DNA of 20,000 nt, from positions 51,897 to 71,896 of IMG/VR virus record IMGVR_UViG_3300001589_000005; one strand, written 5' to 3'. Shown here piece after piece: positions 1 through 8,221 of this stretch. The DNA is from an uncultured virus (IMG/VR IMGVR_UViG_3300001589_000005) (taxonomy: Duplodnaviria; Heunggongvirae; Uroviricota; Caudoviricetes). Under the pieces are notes generated by a model. That model ran no database searches, was not told the origin of the DNA, and worked only from the letters and a program-made list of their open reading frames with translations. Position numbers and translations under genes: made by a program. Numbering within the stretch: position 1 is the stretch's first letter; each line of letters opens with the position of its first letter.

Positions 1-1
1 T

Positions 2-469
2 AAAGTGACGTTAACTCCACCTTCTGAAATTACTATTGGATTAGATGTTCGTAGAACTTCTTTTCTAGTAACTGCAACTAACTTGCCTGCGAGTACATTG
101 GGTGAGATTGCAATACCATTCAGAGGTAGAACCATTTATATGGCTGGTGACAGACCTGCTCCAGAAACTTGGACAACTACTTTTTATAATGACACTGACT
201 TTATGATTAGAAACGCAATGGAAAGATGGCAAAACGGTATTAACAATTATGCCGATGCATCTGGATTAATTACCCCTGCTGGTTATCAAACTGATTTAAC
301 AGTTGAACAACTAGACAGAGATGATACAATCCTTAAATCATACATTTTTAGAAATGCGTTTCCACTGACTGTTTCACAGATTGACTTAACAACTGCTGAA
401 GCAACAGAAATTGAAACATTTGAGGTTACATGGCGTTACCAACACTTTGAACCTTCAAATATACTATAG
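2..469 (+). CDS. gp19: Tail tube protein (T4 gp19-like), 5'-truncated by the window edge
   Basis: Motifs LPASTLGEIAIPFRGRTIYMAGDR, WTTTFYNDTDF.IRNAMERW and IETFEVTWRYQ are typical of gp19. It lies directly upstream of the portal and the frame is open from position 2. Confidence 0.93.
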   Translation, partial: KVTLTPPSEITIGLDVRRTSFLVTATNLPASTLGEIAIPFRGRTIYMAGDRPAPETWTTTFYNDTDFMIRNAMERWQNGINNYADASGLITPAGYQTDLTVEQLDRDDTILKSYIFRNAFPLTVSQIDLTTAEATEIETFEVTWRYQHFEPSNIL

Positions 470-479
470 TATTAAACCT

Positions 480-487
480 ACTAAATA
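480..487 (+). promoter_or_regulatory. Late promoter variant (ACTAAATA) upstream of the portal gene
   Basis: CTAAATA variant of the T4 late consensus TATAAATA, intergenic, about 25 nt before the gp20 ATG. GGAG RBS at 502-505. Confidence 0.65.
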
Positions 488-512
488 GTAGTAGGAAATT
501 TGGAGTAATATA

Positions 513-2159
513 ATGGCGGAACTATTTGGATTTAAATTTGAGAAGATAAAAGACTCTGGTGGGGTAGAGAAATTTACCCCACCTAAAACTGATGACGGAA
601 CTATTGAAGTTGCTGGTGGGGGATTTTTCGGACAAGTTTTAGACACAGACGGTAGAGAACGGACTGAACAAGATCTAATTCGTAGATATAGAGACATTGC
701 CCAACAGGCAGAGTGTGATGCTGCGATTGAAGATATTGTTAATGAGTCTATTGTTTCTAACGAAAGAGACCAAGCAATTCAAGTTACACTTGACAATCTT
801 GGATATTCAGACAAAATCAAAAGAAGAATTAGAGAAGAGTTTTCAGAGGTCTTACAACTACTAGACTTTGAAAGCAAAGGACACGACATATTTAGGCGTT
901 GGTATGTTGATGGTAGATTGTTTTATCATAAAGTAATTGATAAAAATAATCCCAGACAAGGTATTGTAGAATTAAGATATATCGATCCTAAAAAAATTAA
1001 AAAAGTAAGAGAAGTTAAAAAAGATAAAGGTAAGGGTGCAGCTTCCTCAATAGAACTCATTAAAGATATAGAAGATTACTATATGTATAATGAAAAAGGA
1101 ATAGGTGTTGCTGGTGGTTCTAATCAAGGTATTAAAGTCGCTGCAGATTCAATCGCTTACTGTCCATCTGGATTAATTGACCAAAACAAAGGTCATGTAC
1201 TTTCATACTTACACAAAGCAATCAAACCAGTTAATCAACTTAGAATGATTGAGGATGCACTTGTTATCTATCGTATATCAAGAGCGCCTGAAAGACGTAT
1301 CTTCTATATTGATGTTGGTAACTTACCGAAGATAAAAGCAGAACAATATCTAAAAGATGTTATGAATCGTTATCGTAACAAACTGGTATACGATGCAAAT
1401 ACTGGTGAGATAAAAGACGATAGAAATCACATGTCAATGTTAGAAGATTTCTGGTTGCCACGAAGAGAAGGTGGTAGAGGAACAGAAATTACTACATTGC
1501 CAGGCGGTTCTAATCTTGGTGAGATTGATGATATAGAATACTTTAAAAAGAAATTATATCAATCATTAAATGTTCCACAAGCTAGATTAAATGCAGAAGA
1601 AGGATTTAGTTTAGGTAGAAGTACAGAGATTACAAGAGATGAACTTAAATTTACTAAGTTTGTTCAGAGAATGAGAAAGAGATTTACACCACTACTAACA
1701 GATCTTCTAAAAACCCAATTACTATTAAAAGGTGTTATTGGATTAGAAGATTGGCCAAAGATGGTAGAACATATTCAATATGATTTTCTACAAGATGGTC
1801 ATTTTGCAGAATTAAAAAAGGCAGAATTGTTAGAGGGTAGATTGAACTCACTACAGACTATTGAACCATATATCGGTACATTTTTCTCAAAAGAATATGT
1901 ATTGAAAAATGTGTTGAATATGACAGATGCCGAAATAGATGATATGCAAAGGCAGATTAAGAAAGAGTCTGGTATGGATGTTGATGATGGTGGAGTTAAT
2001 GTACCAGATGCAACTGATGGAATCACTAGATACCCAAGTGTAGATGGTGGTGCTCTTCCTGCTGATGATGTTGCAAAATTTAGAGGCGAGGTAGAACCAG
2101 AAGGCGGTGATGAGAAACCAAAACCAAAACCAAATGGAGATGAAAATGGCGACAAGTAA
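513..2159 (+). CDS. gp20: Portal vertex protein
   Basis: Conserved gp20 motifs FRRWYVDGR, SYLHKAIKPVNQLRMIEDALVIYRISRAPERRIFYIDVGNLPK, MLEDFWLPRREGGRGTEITTLPGG and EITRDELKF. Confidence 0.98.
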   Translation: MAELFGFKFEKIKDSGGVEKFTPPKTDDGTIEVAGGGFFGQVLDTDGRERTEQDLIRRYRDIAQQAECDAAIEDIVNESIVSNERDQAIQVTLDNLGYSDKIKRRIREEFSEVLQLLDFESKGHDIFRRWYVDGRLFYHKVIDKNNPRQGIVELRYIDPKKIKKVREVKKDKGKGAASSIELIKDIEDYYMYNEKGIGVAGGSNQGIKVAADSIAYCPSGLIDQNKGHVLSYLHKAIKPVNQLRMIEDALVIYRISRAPERRIFYIDVGNLPKIKAEQYLKDVMNRYRNKLVYDANTGEIKDDRNHMSMLEDFWLPRREGGRGTEITTLPGGSNLGEIDDIEYFKKKLYQSLNVPQARLNAEEGFSLGRSTEITRDELKFTKFVQRMRKRFTPLLTDLLKTQLLLKGVIGLEDWPKMVEHIQYDFLQDGHFAELKKAELLEGRLNSLQTIEPYIGTFFSKEYVLKNVLNMTDAEIDDMQRQIKKESGMDVDDGGVNVPDATDGITRYPSVDGGALPADDVAKFRGEVEPEGGDEKPKPKPNGDENGDK

Positions 2160-2328
2160 AGATTTCGTTGATGCAGTTGTGAACAAAAATAACCTTGAGG
2201 CAGAAGATGCTTTTAAGGCTGCGATTCAAACTAAAGTTGGAGATGCTCTTGAAGCAAAAAGAAAAGAAGTAGCAAAAACTTTTGTTAAACATGAAACTCT
2301 TCCAGATGCAGACGAAGCAGAAGAATAA
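2146..2328 (+). CDS. Small prohead core protein (gp67-like position), 60 aa
   Basis: ATG at 2146 with GGAG RBS at 2136-2139, overlapping the gp20 3' end. Sequence MATSKDFVDAVVNKNNLEAEDAFKAAIQTKVGDALEAKRKEVAKTF is helical, and size and position match gp67-like proteins. Confidence 0.7.
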   Translation: MATSKDFVDAVVNKNNLEAEDAFKAAIQTKVGDALEAKRKEVAKTFVKHETLPDADEAEE

Positions 2329-2571
2329 TGGAGTTTGAAGGTTTATATAGTACAGTTCTTGAAAAAGACGAACACAAAAAATCTAAGGAGTACAAGAAAT
2401 TGTCGCCTAGGATGAAAAAAGCTGTGGACGGAATTTTTCAAAGTTATGGACGATAAACCTTCCGATTTCCTAAATACTTTTGAAAAAACAATTAAAAATG
2501 TAGCGAAAAAAAATAGCGTTCCAGAGAAAGATTTAATCAAGTACTTTGAACGAGAGATTTTAGACATATAG
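2328..2571 (+). pseudogene. Small head-region protein (~80 aa) interrupted by a +1 frameshift at about 2430-2439 (sequencing error, pseudogene or recoding)
   Basis: TAATG-coupled start at 2328 gives MEFEGLYSTVLEKDEHKKSKEYKKLSPRMKKAVDGIF with a stop at 2454-2456. The +1 frame continues KVMDDKPSDFLNTFEKTIKNVAKKNSVPEKDLIKYFEREILDI to TAG 2569-2571, which exactly fills the gap to the next RBS. Confidence 0.65.
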
Positions 2572-2580
2572 GAGAATAAA

Positions 2581-3153
2581 ATGGCGTTTAAAATGTTACG
2601 ACACATTGGTAAAATCGTTCAGGCAAATGACAACGCAGCCGCTTTAGTTCTAGGGCCATTAGGGCCAAGTTCTGCTATCAGAATTTCGGAACATGGTGGA
2701 GAGAATGGTTTTGTCAAAATAACACAAGAGGGTACAGCAGTTACAGCAACCAATGGAAGTTATATAGATGGGGGTACTGTAATCACTATGATACCAGAAG
2801 AAAGACCAAAAGCAATTCAAATTACAGCTGCAAGTTCCGCTGACCCAGTGGTACTAACAGTTGCAGATAGAGGCGAAGGAACTGGTATCAATCATCCTTT
2901 TGCTATAGGTGATCAAATATCTGTAGTAGATGCTGATGTTGCTGCATGGAATACACTACTAACAAATGTTAATGTATCTGCAATAGGTTCTACAACAATT
3001 ACACTTGGTGCTGTTGACGGTAGTTCAACTGCAACCTTTACTGGTGATGCAACTGCAAGATCATGTTATAGTATTTCACACATAAATGAAACTGCTGGTT
3101 CTAATAGTAAAATCTATGTAGAAGAAATTGTTCAAGGACAACCAGGCATATAA
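2581..3153 (+). CDS. Hypothetical beta-rich protein, probably virion-associated (190 aa)
   Basis: GGAG RBS and genome-typical codon usage. Rich in Thr/Ala/Gly, with the segment ITAASSADPVVLTV...HPFAIGDQISV resembling beta modules of phage structural proteins. Located inside the head module. Confidence 0.75.
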   Translation: MAFKMLRHIGKIVQANDNAAALVLGPLGPSSAIRISEHGGENGFVKITQEGTAVTATNGSYIDGGTVITMIPEERPKAIQITAASSADPVVLTVADRGEGTGINHPFAIGDQISVVDADVAAWNTLLTNVNVSAIGSTTITLGAVDGSSTATFTGDATARSCYSISHINETAGSNSKIYVEEIVQGQPGI

Positions 3154-3181
3154 TAAAAATAATTATAGAACATTTTATAAT

Positions 3182-3189
3182 TATAAATA
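3182..3189 (+). promoter_or_regulatory. T4-type late promoter TATAAATA
   Basis: Exact consensus, intergenic, upstream of gp21. Confidence 0.85.
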
Positions 3190-3219
3190 AGTATAATAAG
3201 TTTCGGAAAAGGTAAACAA

Positions 3220-3864
3220 ATGCGAACTGTTAAACTAATTACAGAAGATATCCAAGACGTTCAATTCATTGCAGAAGATACTGCTGATGGTAAAAAGAAC
3301 TATAAGATTCGTGGTGTTTTCATGCAGGCGGACATAAAGAACCGAAATGGCCGTGTTTATCCTATGGAAGTATTGACTAATGAAGTAAATAAGTATAGTA
3401 AAAACTTCATACAAAAAAAGAGAGCCTTTGGAGAGTTAGGTCACCCAGAAGGGCCGACTGTAAATCTGGAAAGAGCATCTCACTTGATAACATCATTAGT
3501 GCCCGAAGGTAAAAATTTTATCGGAGAGGCAAAAATAATGGACACACCTATGGGTAAGATTGTAAAAAGTCTTATGGACGAAGGTGCTACATTAGGTGTT
3601 TCATCTAGAGGTATGGGTAGTTTGCAATCCAAAGGTGGTGCAAATTATGTAAACAAAGATTTCATGCTCGCAACTGCGGCTGATATCGTTGCTGATCCAT
3701 CCGCTCCATCTGCTTTCGTAGAAGGTATCATGGAAGGAAAAGAATGGGTATGGGATAATGGAAGTTATCTTGAACCACATTTGGTGGAAATGAAACAAAG
3801 ACTTGAAAGAGGAAAGGCTGCAAATCAAGCATTAGAATTTGCTAAGTTCCTCAAAATGTTGTAA
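3220..3864 (+). CDS. gp21: Prohead core protease
   Basis: Motifs GVFMQADIKNRNGRVYP, GELGHPEGPTVNL, LGVSSRGMGSL and ADIVADPSAPSAFVEGIMEGKEW. Confidence 0.97.
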   Translation: MRTVKLITEDIQDVQFIAEDTADGKKNYKIRGVFMQADIKNRNGRVYPMEVLTNEVNKYSKNFIQKKRAFGELGHPEGPTVNLERASHLITSLVPEGKNFIGEAKIMDTPMGKIVKSLMDEGATLGVSSRGMGSLQSKGGANYVNKDFMLATAADIVADPSAPSAFVEGIMEGKEWVWDNGSYLEPHLVEMKQRLERGKAANQALEFAKFLKML

Positions 3865-3866
3865 TT

Positions 3867-3874
3867 TATAAATA
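3867..3874 (+). promoter_or_regulatory. T4-type late promoter TATAAATA
   Basis: Exact consensus between gp21 and gp22, followed by an AAGGAG RBS. Confidence 0.85.
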
Positions 3875-3914
3875 ATAGTTAATAACCATAGAGTTAAACA
3901 AAGGAGATAATCCC

Positions 3915-5204
3915 ATGGCTGATCAATTAGATAAAACCATTGAGGAATTGGAAGCTGAAGTACTTGGTGAATTAGAAGAAGCCAACGGTGCCGATGCTCC
4001 TATGAAAAACGCTGCAAAAGCAGAAAAACAAGAAGCAGTTCCAAGTGACGGAGTCACTGGTAAAGCAGATGTCGGTGGTGCAAAACCCGAGGCTAAAGTA
4101 GAAAAAGGTGCTAATGAAGATCGTGGAGAAAAAGCGATTGGTAAAAAAGCATCTGCACAAGCAAAAGAAATTTCAGGCGACGCTCAACAAAAAAGTGAGG
4201 GAAAACCAGATGCAATGCCGGTTGCAAAAGGTGATGCAAAAGAAAATAAACCCCTTGCTGCTGGAGATGAGAATGTCCAAGGCGAAGAAGAAATTGTCGA
4301 AATGACCAAAATGGAAATGAAAGACAAAATGATTAACGCAATGGCATCCATGAATAAAGAAAAAATGGAAAAACTCATGGCCATGTACAATAAGATGGAC
4401 GAAATGGACATGGACGAAGCCAAAAAAGAAAAATCAGAAAAAGTCGAGAAAAGAGTAGCAGACATTGATGTTAAAGAACATGTCGATGCACTTATGAACG
4501 ATGAAAATTCTGAATTAACAGACGAATTTAAGAAAAAAGCTGCAACCGTATTTGAAGCTGCAGTTAAATCTAAAGTGAGAGAAGAAGTAGAACGTCTTGA
4601 AGAAGAATACAAGAACGAACTTACTTCTGAAATTAATGAAACCAAAGACGACCTATCGGAAAAAGTTGACAACTACTTAAATTACGTTGTCGAAGAATGG
4701 ATGAAAGAGAATACACTTGCAATTGAACGAGGACTAAAAGGTGAAATTGCTGAGGACTTTATCTCTGGATTGAAACAACTCTTTGAAGATCATTATGTAG
4801 ACGTGCCTGACGAAAAGTACGATGTACTTGAGGCACAATCAGACAAGATTTCTAAACTAGAAGGTAAACTGGACGAAACTATTCAAAAGGTAGTAGAGAC
4901 TAAAGAACAGAATGCCCAACTAGTGAGGGAAAAGGTCATATCAGAAAGTGTTTCTGATTTGGCTGAAACTGAAATTGAAAAGTTTCAATCATTAGTTAGA
5001 GAAGTTGACTTTACTGACGAAGTATCATTTAGAGAAAAAATTGATACTCTAAAAGAAAGTTATTTTCCAAGAACTAAAGTAGAGATGAGAGAAACAATTG
5101 ATGATGTAGAAACTGGCACCGTAAAGGACATTGACACATCTGATGCAATGAATGTCTACATGACTGCAATCGGCAGAAGTGTCAAGAGTGCGAATACGAA
5201 ATAG
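3915..5204 (+). CDS. gp22: Prohead core scaffolding protein
   Basis: Acidic coiled-coil with FKKKAATVFEAAV, VDNYLNYVVEEWMKEN, GLKQLFEDHYVDVPDEKYD and TLKESYF. Lies between gp21 and gp23. Confidence 0.94.
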   Translation: MADQLDKTIEELEAEVLGELEEANGADAPMKNAAKAEKQEAVPSDGVTGKADVGGAKPEAKVEKGANEDRGEKAIGKKASAQAKEISGDAQQKSEGKPDAMPVAKGDAKENKPLAAGDENVQGEEEIVEMTKMEMKDKMINAMASMNKEKMEKLMAMYNKMDEMDMDEAKKEKSEKVEKRVADIDVKEHVDALMNDENSELTDEFKKKAATVFEAAVKSKVREEVERLEEEYKNELTSEINETKDDLSEKVDNYLNYVVEEWMKENTLAIERGLKGEIAEDFISGLKQLFEDHYVDVPDEKYDVLEAQSDKISKLEGKLDETIQKVVETKEQNAQLVREKVISESVSDLAETEIEKFQSLVREVDFTDEVSFREKIDTLKESYFPRTKVEMRETIDDVETGTVKDIDTSDAMNVYMTAIGRSVKSANTK

Positions 5205-5233
5205 TAACGTAAACTGTTAAAAAGGAGAGACAC

Positions 5234-6565
5234 ATGTTTCAAACAGAACATTTACAAGAAAAGTGGCAGCCAGTCCTAGAACATCCAGAATTACCAAAAA
5301 TTTCGGATAGTTACAGACGGGCAGTTACTACAATTATTCTAGAGAACCAAGAGAAAGCTCTTAAAGAAGATAAAGCTTTCATGACAGAAGCCGCTCCAAC
5401 AAACTTTGTTGGTGGTAACGCTTCTCTAGACACATGGGATCCAATTTTGATTTCCCTAGTAAGACGATCAATGCCTAATTTGATTGCATACGACATTTGT
5501 GGTGTGCAACCGATGACAGGCCCAACTGGTTTAATCTTTGCAATGAGAGCAAGATTTGCATCAATGGACGGTGCAGAAGCTCTTGTTGATGAGACAATGC
5601 CAGACTTTTCAAACCAAGACGCTGGTGGTGACGCTGGTGGTGGTGACGTAACAAACACAGCAACTAACCCTGCCGTTCTTAACGACAGTCCTGCTGGAAC
5701 ATACGAAACCGTAACTGGTATGACAACAGCACAAGGTGAAGCACTTGGAGATACTACTTCTAATGCTTTCGCTGAAATGGCATTCTCAATTGAGAAGCAT
5801 ACTGTTACTGCTGTAACACGTGCTCTTAAAGCAGAATACACTATGGAACTTGCTCAAGACTTAAAAGCAATCCACGGTTTAGATGCTGAGACAGAACTTG
5901 CAAACATCCTATCTGCTGAAATCCTTGCTGAGATCAACAGAGAAGTTGTAAGAAACATCTATGTTTCTGCTGTAAAAGGTGCTCAAACTAATACAACTAA
6001 CGCTGGTATCTTTGACTTGGATACTGACTCAAACGGTAGATGGTCAGTTGAGAAGTTTAAAGGTTTGATGTTCGCTCTTGAAAGAGATGCAAACGCAATC
6101 GGTCAACAGACAAGAAGAGGAAAAGGTAACATGATTATCTGTTCCGCTGATGTCGCATCCGCCCTTCAAATGGCTGGTGTTCTAGACTATACTCCTGCTC
6201 TAAATAACAACTTGAACGTAGATGACACATCAACTACTTTCGCTGGTGTTATGAACGGTAGATTTAAAGTCTATGTAGACCCATACTCTGCAAACGTATC
6301 TGACTCACAATACTATGTCGTGGGTTATAAAGGTACATCACCTTATGACGCTGGTATGTTCTATTGCCCATACGTTCCACTACAAATGGTTCGTGCAGTT
6401 GGTGAGAACACATTCCAACCAAAAATTGGTTTCAAAACTAGATACGGTATCGCTGCTAATCCGTTCCACACTGGAACAGTTGCTGCGGCTGCTAACGGTG
6501 CAATCAGTATCAGTTCTGCAACTAATAAGTACTACAGAAAAGTTAAAGTTTCAAACTTAATGTAA
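5234..6565 (+). CDS. gp23: Major capsid protein
   Basis: Motifs LISLVRRSMPNLIAYDICGVQPMTGPTGLIFAMR, RALKAEYTMELAQDLKAIHGLDAETELANILS and YCPYVPLQMVRAVGENTFQPKIGFKTRYG. Confidence 0.99.
   Translation: MFQTEHLQEKWQPVLEHPELPKISDSYRRAVTTIILENQEKALKEDKAFMTEAAPTNFVGGNASLDTWDPILISLVRRSMPNLIAYDICGVQPMTGPTGLIFAMRARFASMDGAEALVDETMPDFSNQDAGGDAGGGDVTNTATNPAVLNDSPAGTYETVTGMTTAQGEALGDTTSNAFAEMAFSIEKHTVTAVTRALKAEYTMELAQDLKAIHGLDAETELANILSAEILAEINREVVRNIYVSAVKGAQTNTTNAGIFDLDTDSNGRWSVEKFKGLMFALERDANAIGQQTRRGKGNMIICSADVASALQMAGVLDYTPALNNNLNVDDTSTTFAGVMNGRFKVYVDPYSANVSDSQYYVVGYKGTSPYDAGMFYCPYVPLQMVRAVGENTFQPKIGFKTRYGIAANPFHTGTVAAAANGAISISSATNKYYRKVKVSNLM
5618..5641 (+). repeat. In-frame 12-bp tandem duplication (GACGCTGGTGGT x2) in the gp23 variable loop
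   Basis: Two perfect copies encoding DAGG-DAGG. Confidence 0.75.
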
Positions 6566-6582
6566 TATTTAAAAAGAATACT

Positions 6583-6610
6583 AAAAGGGGGGTTCGCTCC
6601 CCTTTTTTTT
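6583..6610 (+). terminator. Rho-independent terminator after gp23
   Basis: AAAA-GGGGGG-TTCG-CTCCCC-TTTTTTTT: a GC stem with one G-U pair, a UUCG loop and a U8 tail. Confidence 0.92.
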
Positions 6611-6615
6611 AGCGT

Positions 6616-6623
6616 TATAAATA
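6616..6623 (+). promoter_or_regulatory. T4-type late promoter TATAAATA
   Basis: Exact consensus immediately after the terminator, upstream of gp3 and its AAGGAG RBS. Confidence 0.85.
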
Positions 6624-6648
6624 AAGATATAACTGTAAGGAGTTTGTA

Positions 6649-7230
6649 GTGGTAGATAATAATCCGTTGTCAAGACAACCAACAAATTTGGACTATGCAA
6701 GTCCTACACAATTTGCTTTTAATATATTGCAACTTCCAAAAGTGCAATTTAATACTACAGCGGTATCTATTCCAGACTTGACTTTGGGGGAGGCAGTTAT
6801 ACCTACACCATTTAAAGATATACCAATACCAGGCACAAATATTACATATGGTAATTTAGATATTACTTTTATTGTTGATGAAGAATTAGAAAATTATAGA
6901 GAAATACATGGATGGTTAACTGGAATTGGTTTTCCACAACAAAGAAGTCAATTTTCATTTTTTAGAAATACTACCTCTGTAACACCAAGTGATGCTAGAA
7001 CTATATCGGTTGACCAAGTTGGAAGTGCTGTTGCTGACAGATCAATGTATTCTGATGCAACATTAACTATATTATCAAACAAAAATAATCCAATTGTTGA
7101 AGTACGATTTGAAGATATTTTTCCAGTATCGGTAGGTGCATTATCATTCACTCAAGCAGCAACGGATGTAGAAAATTTAACAGCAGAGGTAAGTTTTAGA
7201 TATAAAATATATACTATTAATAAGATATAA
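6649..7230 (+). CDS. gp3: Tail tube terminator / tail completion protein
   Basis: GTG start with RBS. Motifs PTNLDYASPTQF, FIVDEELENYREIHGWL and SDATLTILSNKNNP...FEDIFPVS. The gp23-gp3-uvsY-uvsW order is typical of marine T4-like phages. Confidence 0.87.
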   Translation: MVDNNPLSRQPTNLDYASPTQFAFNILQLPKVQFNTTAVSIPDLTLGEAVIPTPFKDIPIPGTNITYGNLDITFIVDEELENYREIHGWLTGIGFPQQRSQFSFFRNTTSVTPSDARTISVDQVGSAVADRSMYSDATLTILSNKNNPIVEVRFEDIFPVSVGALSFTQAATDVENLTAEVSFRYKIYTINKI

Positions 7231-7233
7231 ATA
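7226..7233 (+). promoter_or_regulatory. T4-type late promoter TATAAATA
   Basis: Exact consensus overlapping the gp3 stop codon, upstream of uvsY. Confidence 0.75.
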
Positions 7234-7253
7234 GTATTAACAAAGGATATATT

Positions 7254-7679
7254 ATGACACTAGATGAATTGAAGATTCAAGTCGCAAATGACTTGGTAGT
7301 AAATGATGAAAAGTTAGATACCGAATCTCTCAAAAACCAAGAACTTTATGCAAAATATCTAGACCACAAAACTAGATACGAATTACTTTTGTACAAAGCA
7401 AAAGGAGAGTATAAAGTTATTTACAGAGATAAGTGGGAATATTACGGTGGTAAAGCTGATGCAAAAATTTATGCAACAAAACCGTTTGATTTAAAAGTAT
7501 TAAAAACAGACTTATCAATATACATAGAATCCGATGAAGATATCATTCAAATCGAACATAAAATTATGTACCTTGAAACAATTGTCAAATATATTGATGG
7601 TGTTTTAAAATCTATCCAAGGTAGAGGGTGGGATATTAAAAACGCTATTGCATTTAGACAATGGGAGCATGGAATGTAA
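7254..7679 (+). CDS. uvsY: Recombination mediator UvsY
   Basis: 141-aa helical protein with KWEYYGGKA, PFDLKVLKTD and RGWDIKNAI.F, in the expected synteny. Confidence 0.92.
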   Translation: MTLDELKIQVANDLVVNDEKLDTESLKNQELYAKYLDHKTRYELLLYKAKGEYKVIYRDKWEYYGGKADAKIYATKPFDLKVLKTDLSIYIESDEDIIQIEHKIMYLETIVKYIDGVLKSIQGRGWDIKNAIAFRQWEHGM

Positions 7680-8221
7680 TGTCTTACGGATGGCCTTATA
7701 TAACTAAAGAAATACCACAATATTTAATAACCATGACTATGGATAGAGTTAGGGGTGCAAAAGCAGCTCAAACTCATAATCAAACTGGAAAAATTAAAAG
7801 AGACTCCTATGTTTCTTTTATAGAAGATGCAGATATACGAGAACATTTTCTACATATTGCTAAAAAAGTTAATCAAGATGGGGGTTGGGGATTTGATATA
7901 GATGCAATAGAACCATTACAATATGGAGAGTATCCTATAGGTGGTGAATATGGTTGGCATCAAGATGCTCACACAGAACCATATAAAGATGGTAGAGTAA
8001 GAAAAATGTCATTCTCTGTTTTTTTAAATGACACTTTTGAAGGTGGAGAGTTTGATTTAGAAATATACTCGCCTGCTGTTAAAGATAGATATGAAACATT
8101 TCATTCATTACCAGATACAGCACTTTTCTTTAAATCTGACCAGTGGCACAGAGTTCGTCCAATTACAAACGGAATAAGAAGAAGTCTTGTGGGTTGGGTA
8201 TTAGGTTCAAAATGGAAATAG
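7679..8221 (+). CDS. 2OG-Fe(II) oxygenase (PKHD/prolyl-hydroxylase-like)
   Basis: TAATG-coupled start at 7679. HxD motif (YGWHQD), RKMSFSVFLND.FEGGEF, and distal H and R in WHRVRPITNGIRRSLVGW. Confidence 0.9.
   Translation: MSYGWPYITKEIPQYLITMTMDRVRGAKAAQTHNQTGKIKRDSYVSFIEDADIREHFLHIAKKVNQDGGWGFDIDAIEPLQYGEYPIGGEYGWHQDAHTEPYKDGRVRKMSFSVFLNDTFEGGEFDLEIYSPAVKDRYETFHSLPDTALFFKSDQWHRVRPITNGIRRSLVGWVLGSKWK

Noticed and set aside
3159..3184. AT-only inverted repeat after the 190-aa gene as a terminator
   Set aside because: It has no G-C pairs and no U-tract, and is plausible by chance in AT-rich intergenic DNA.
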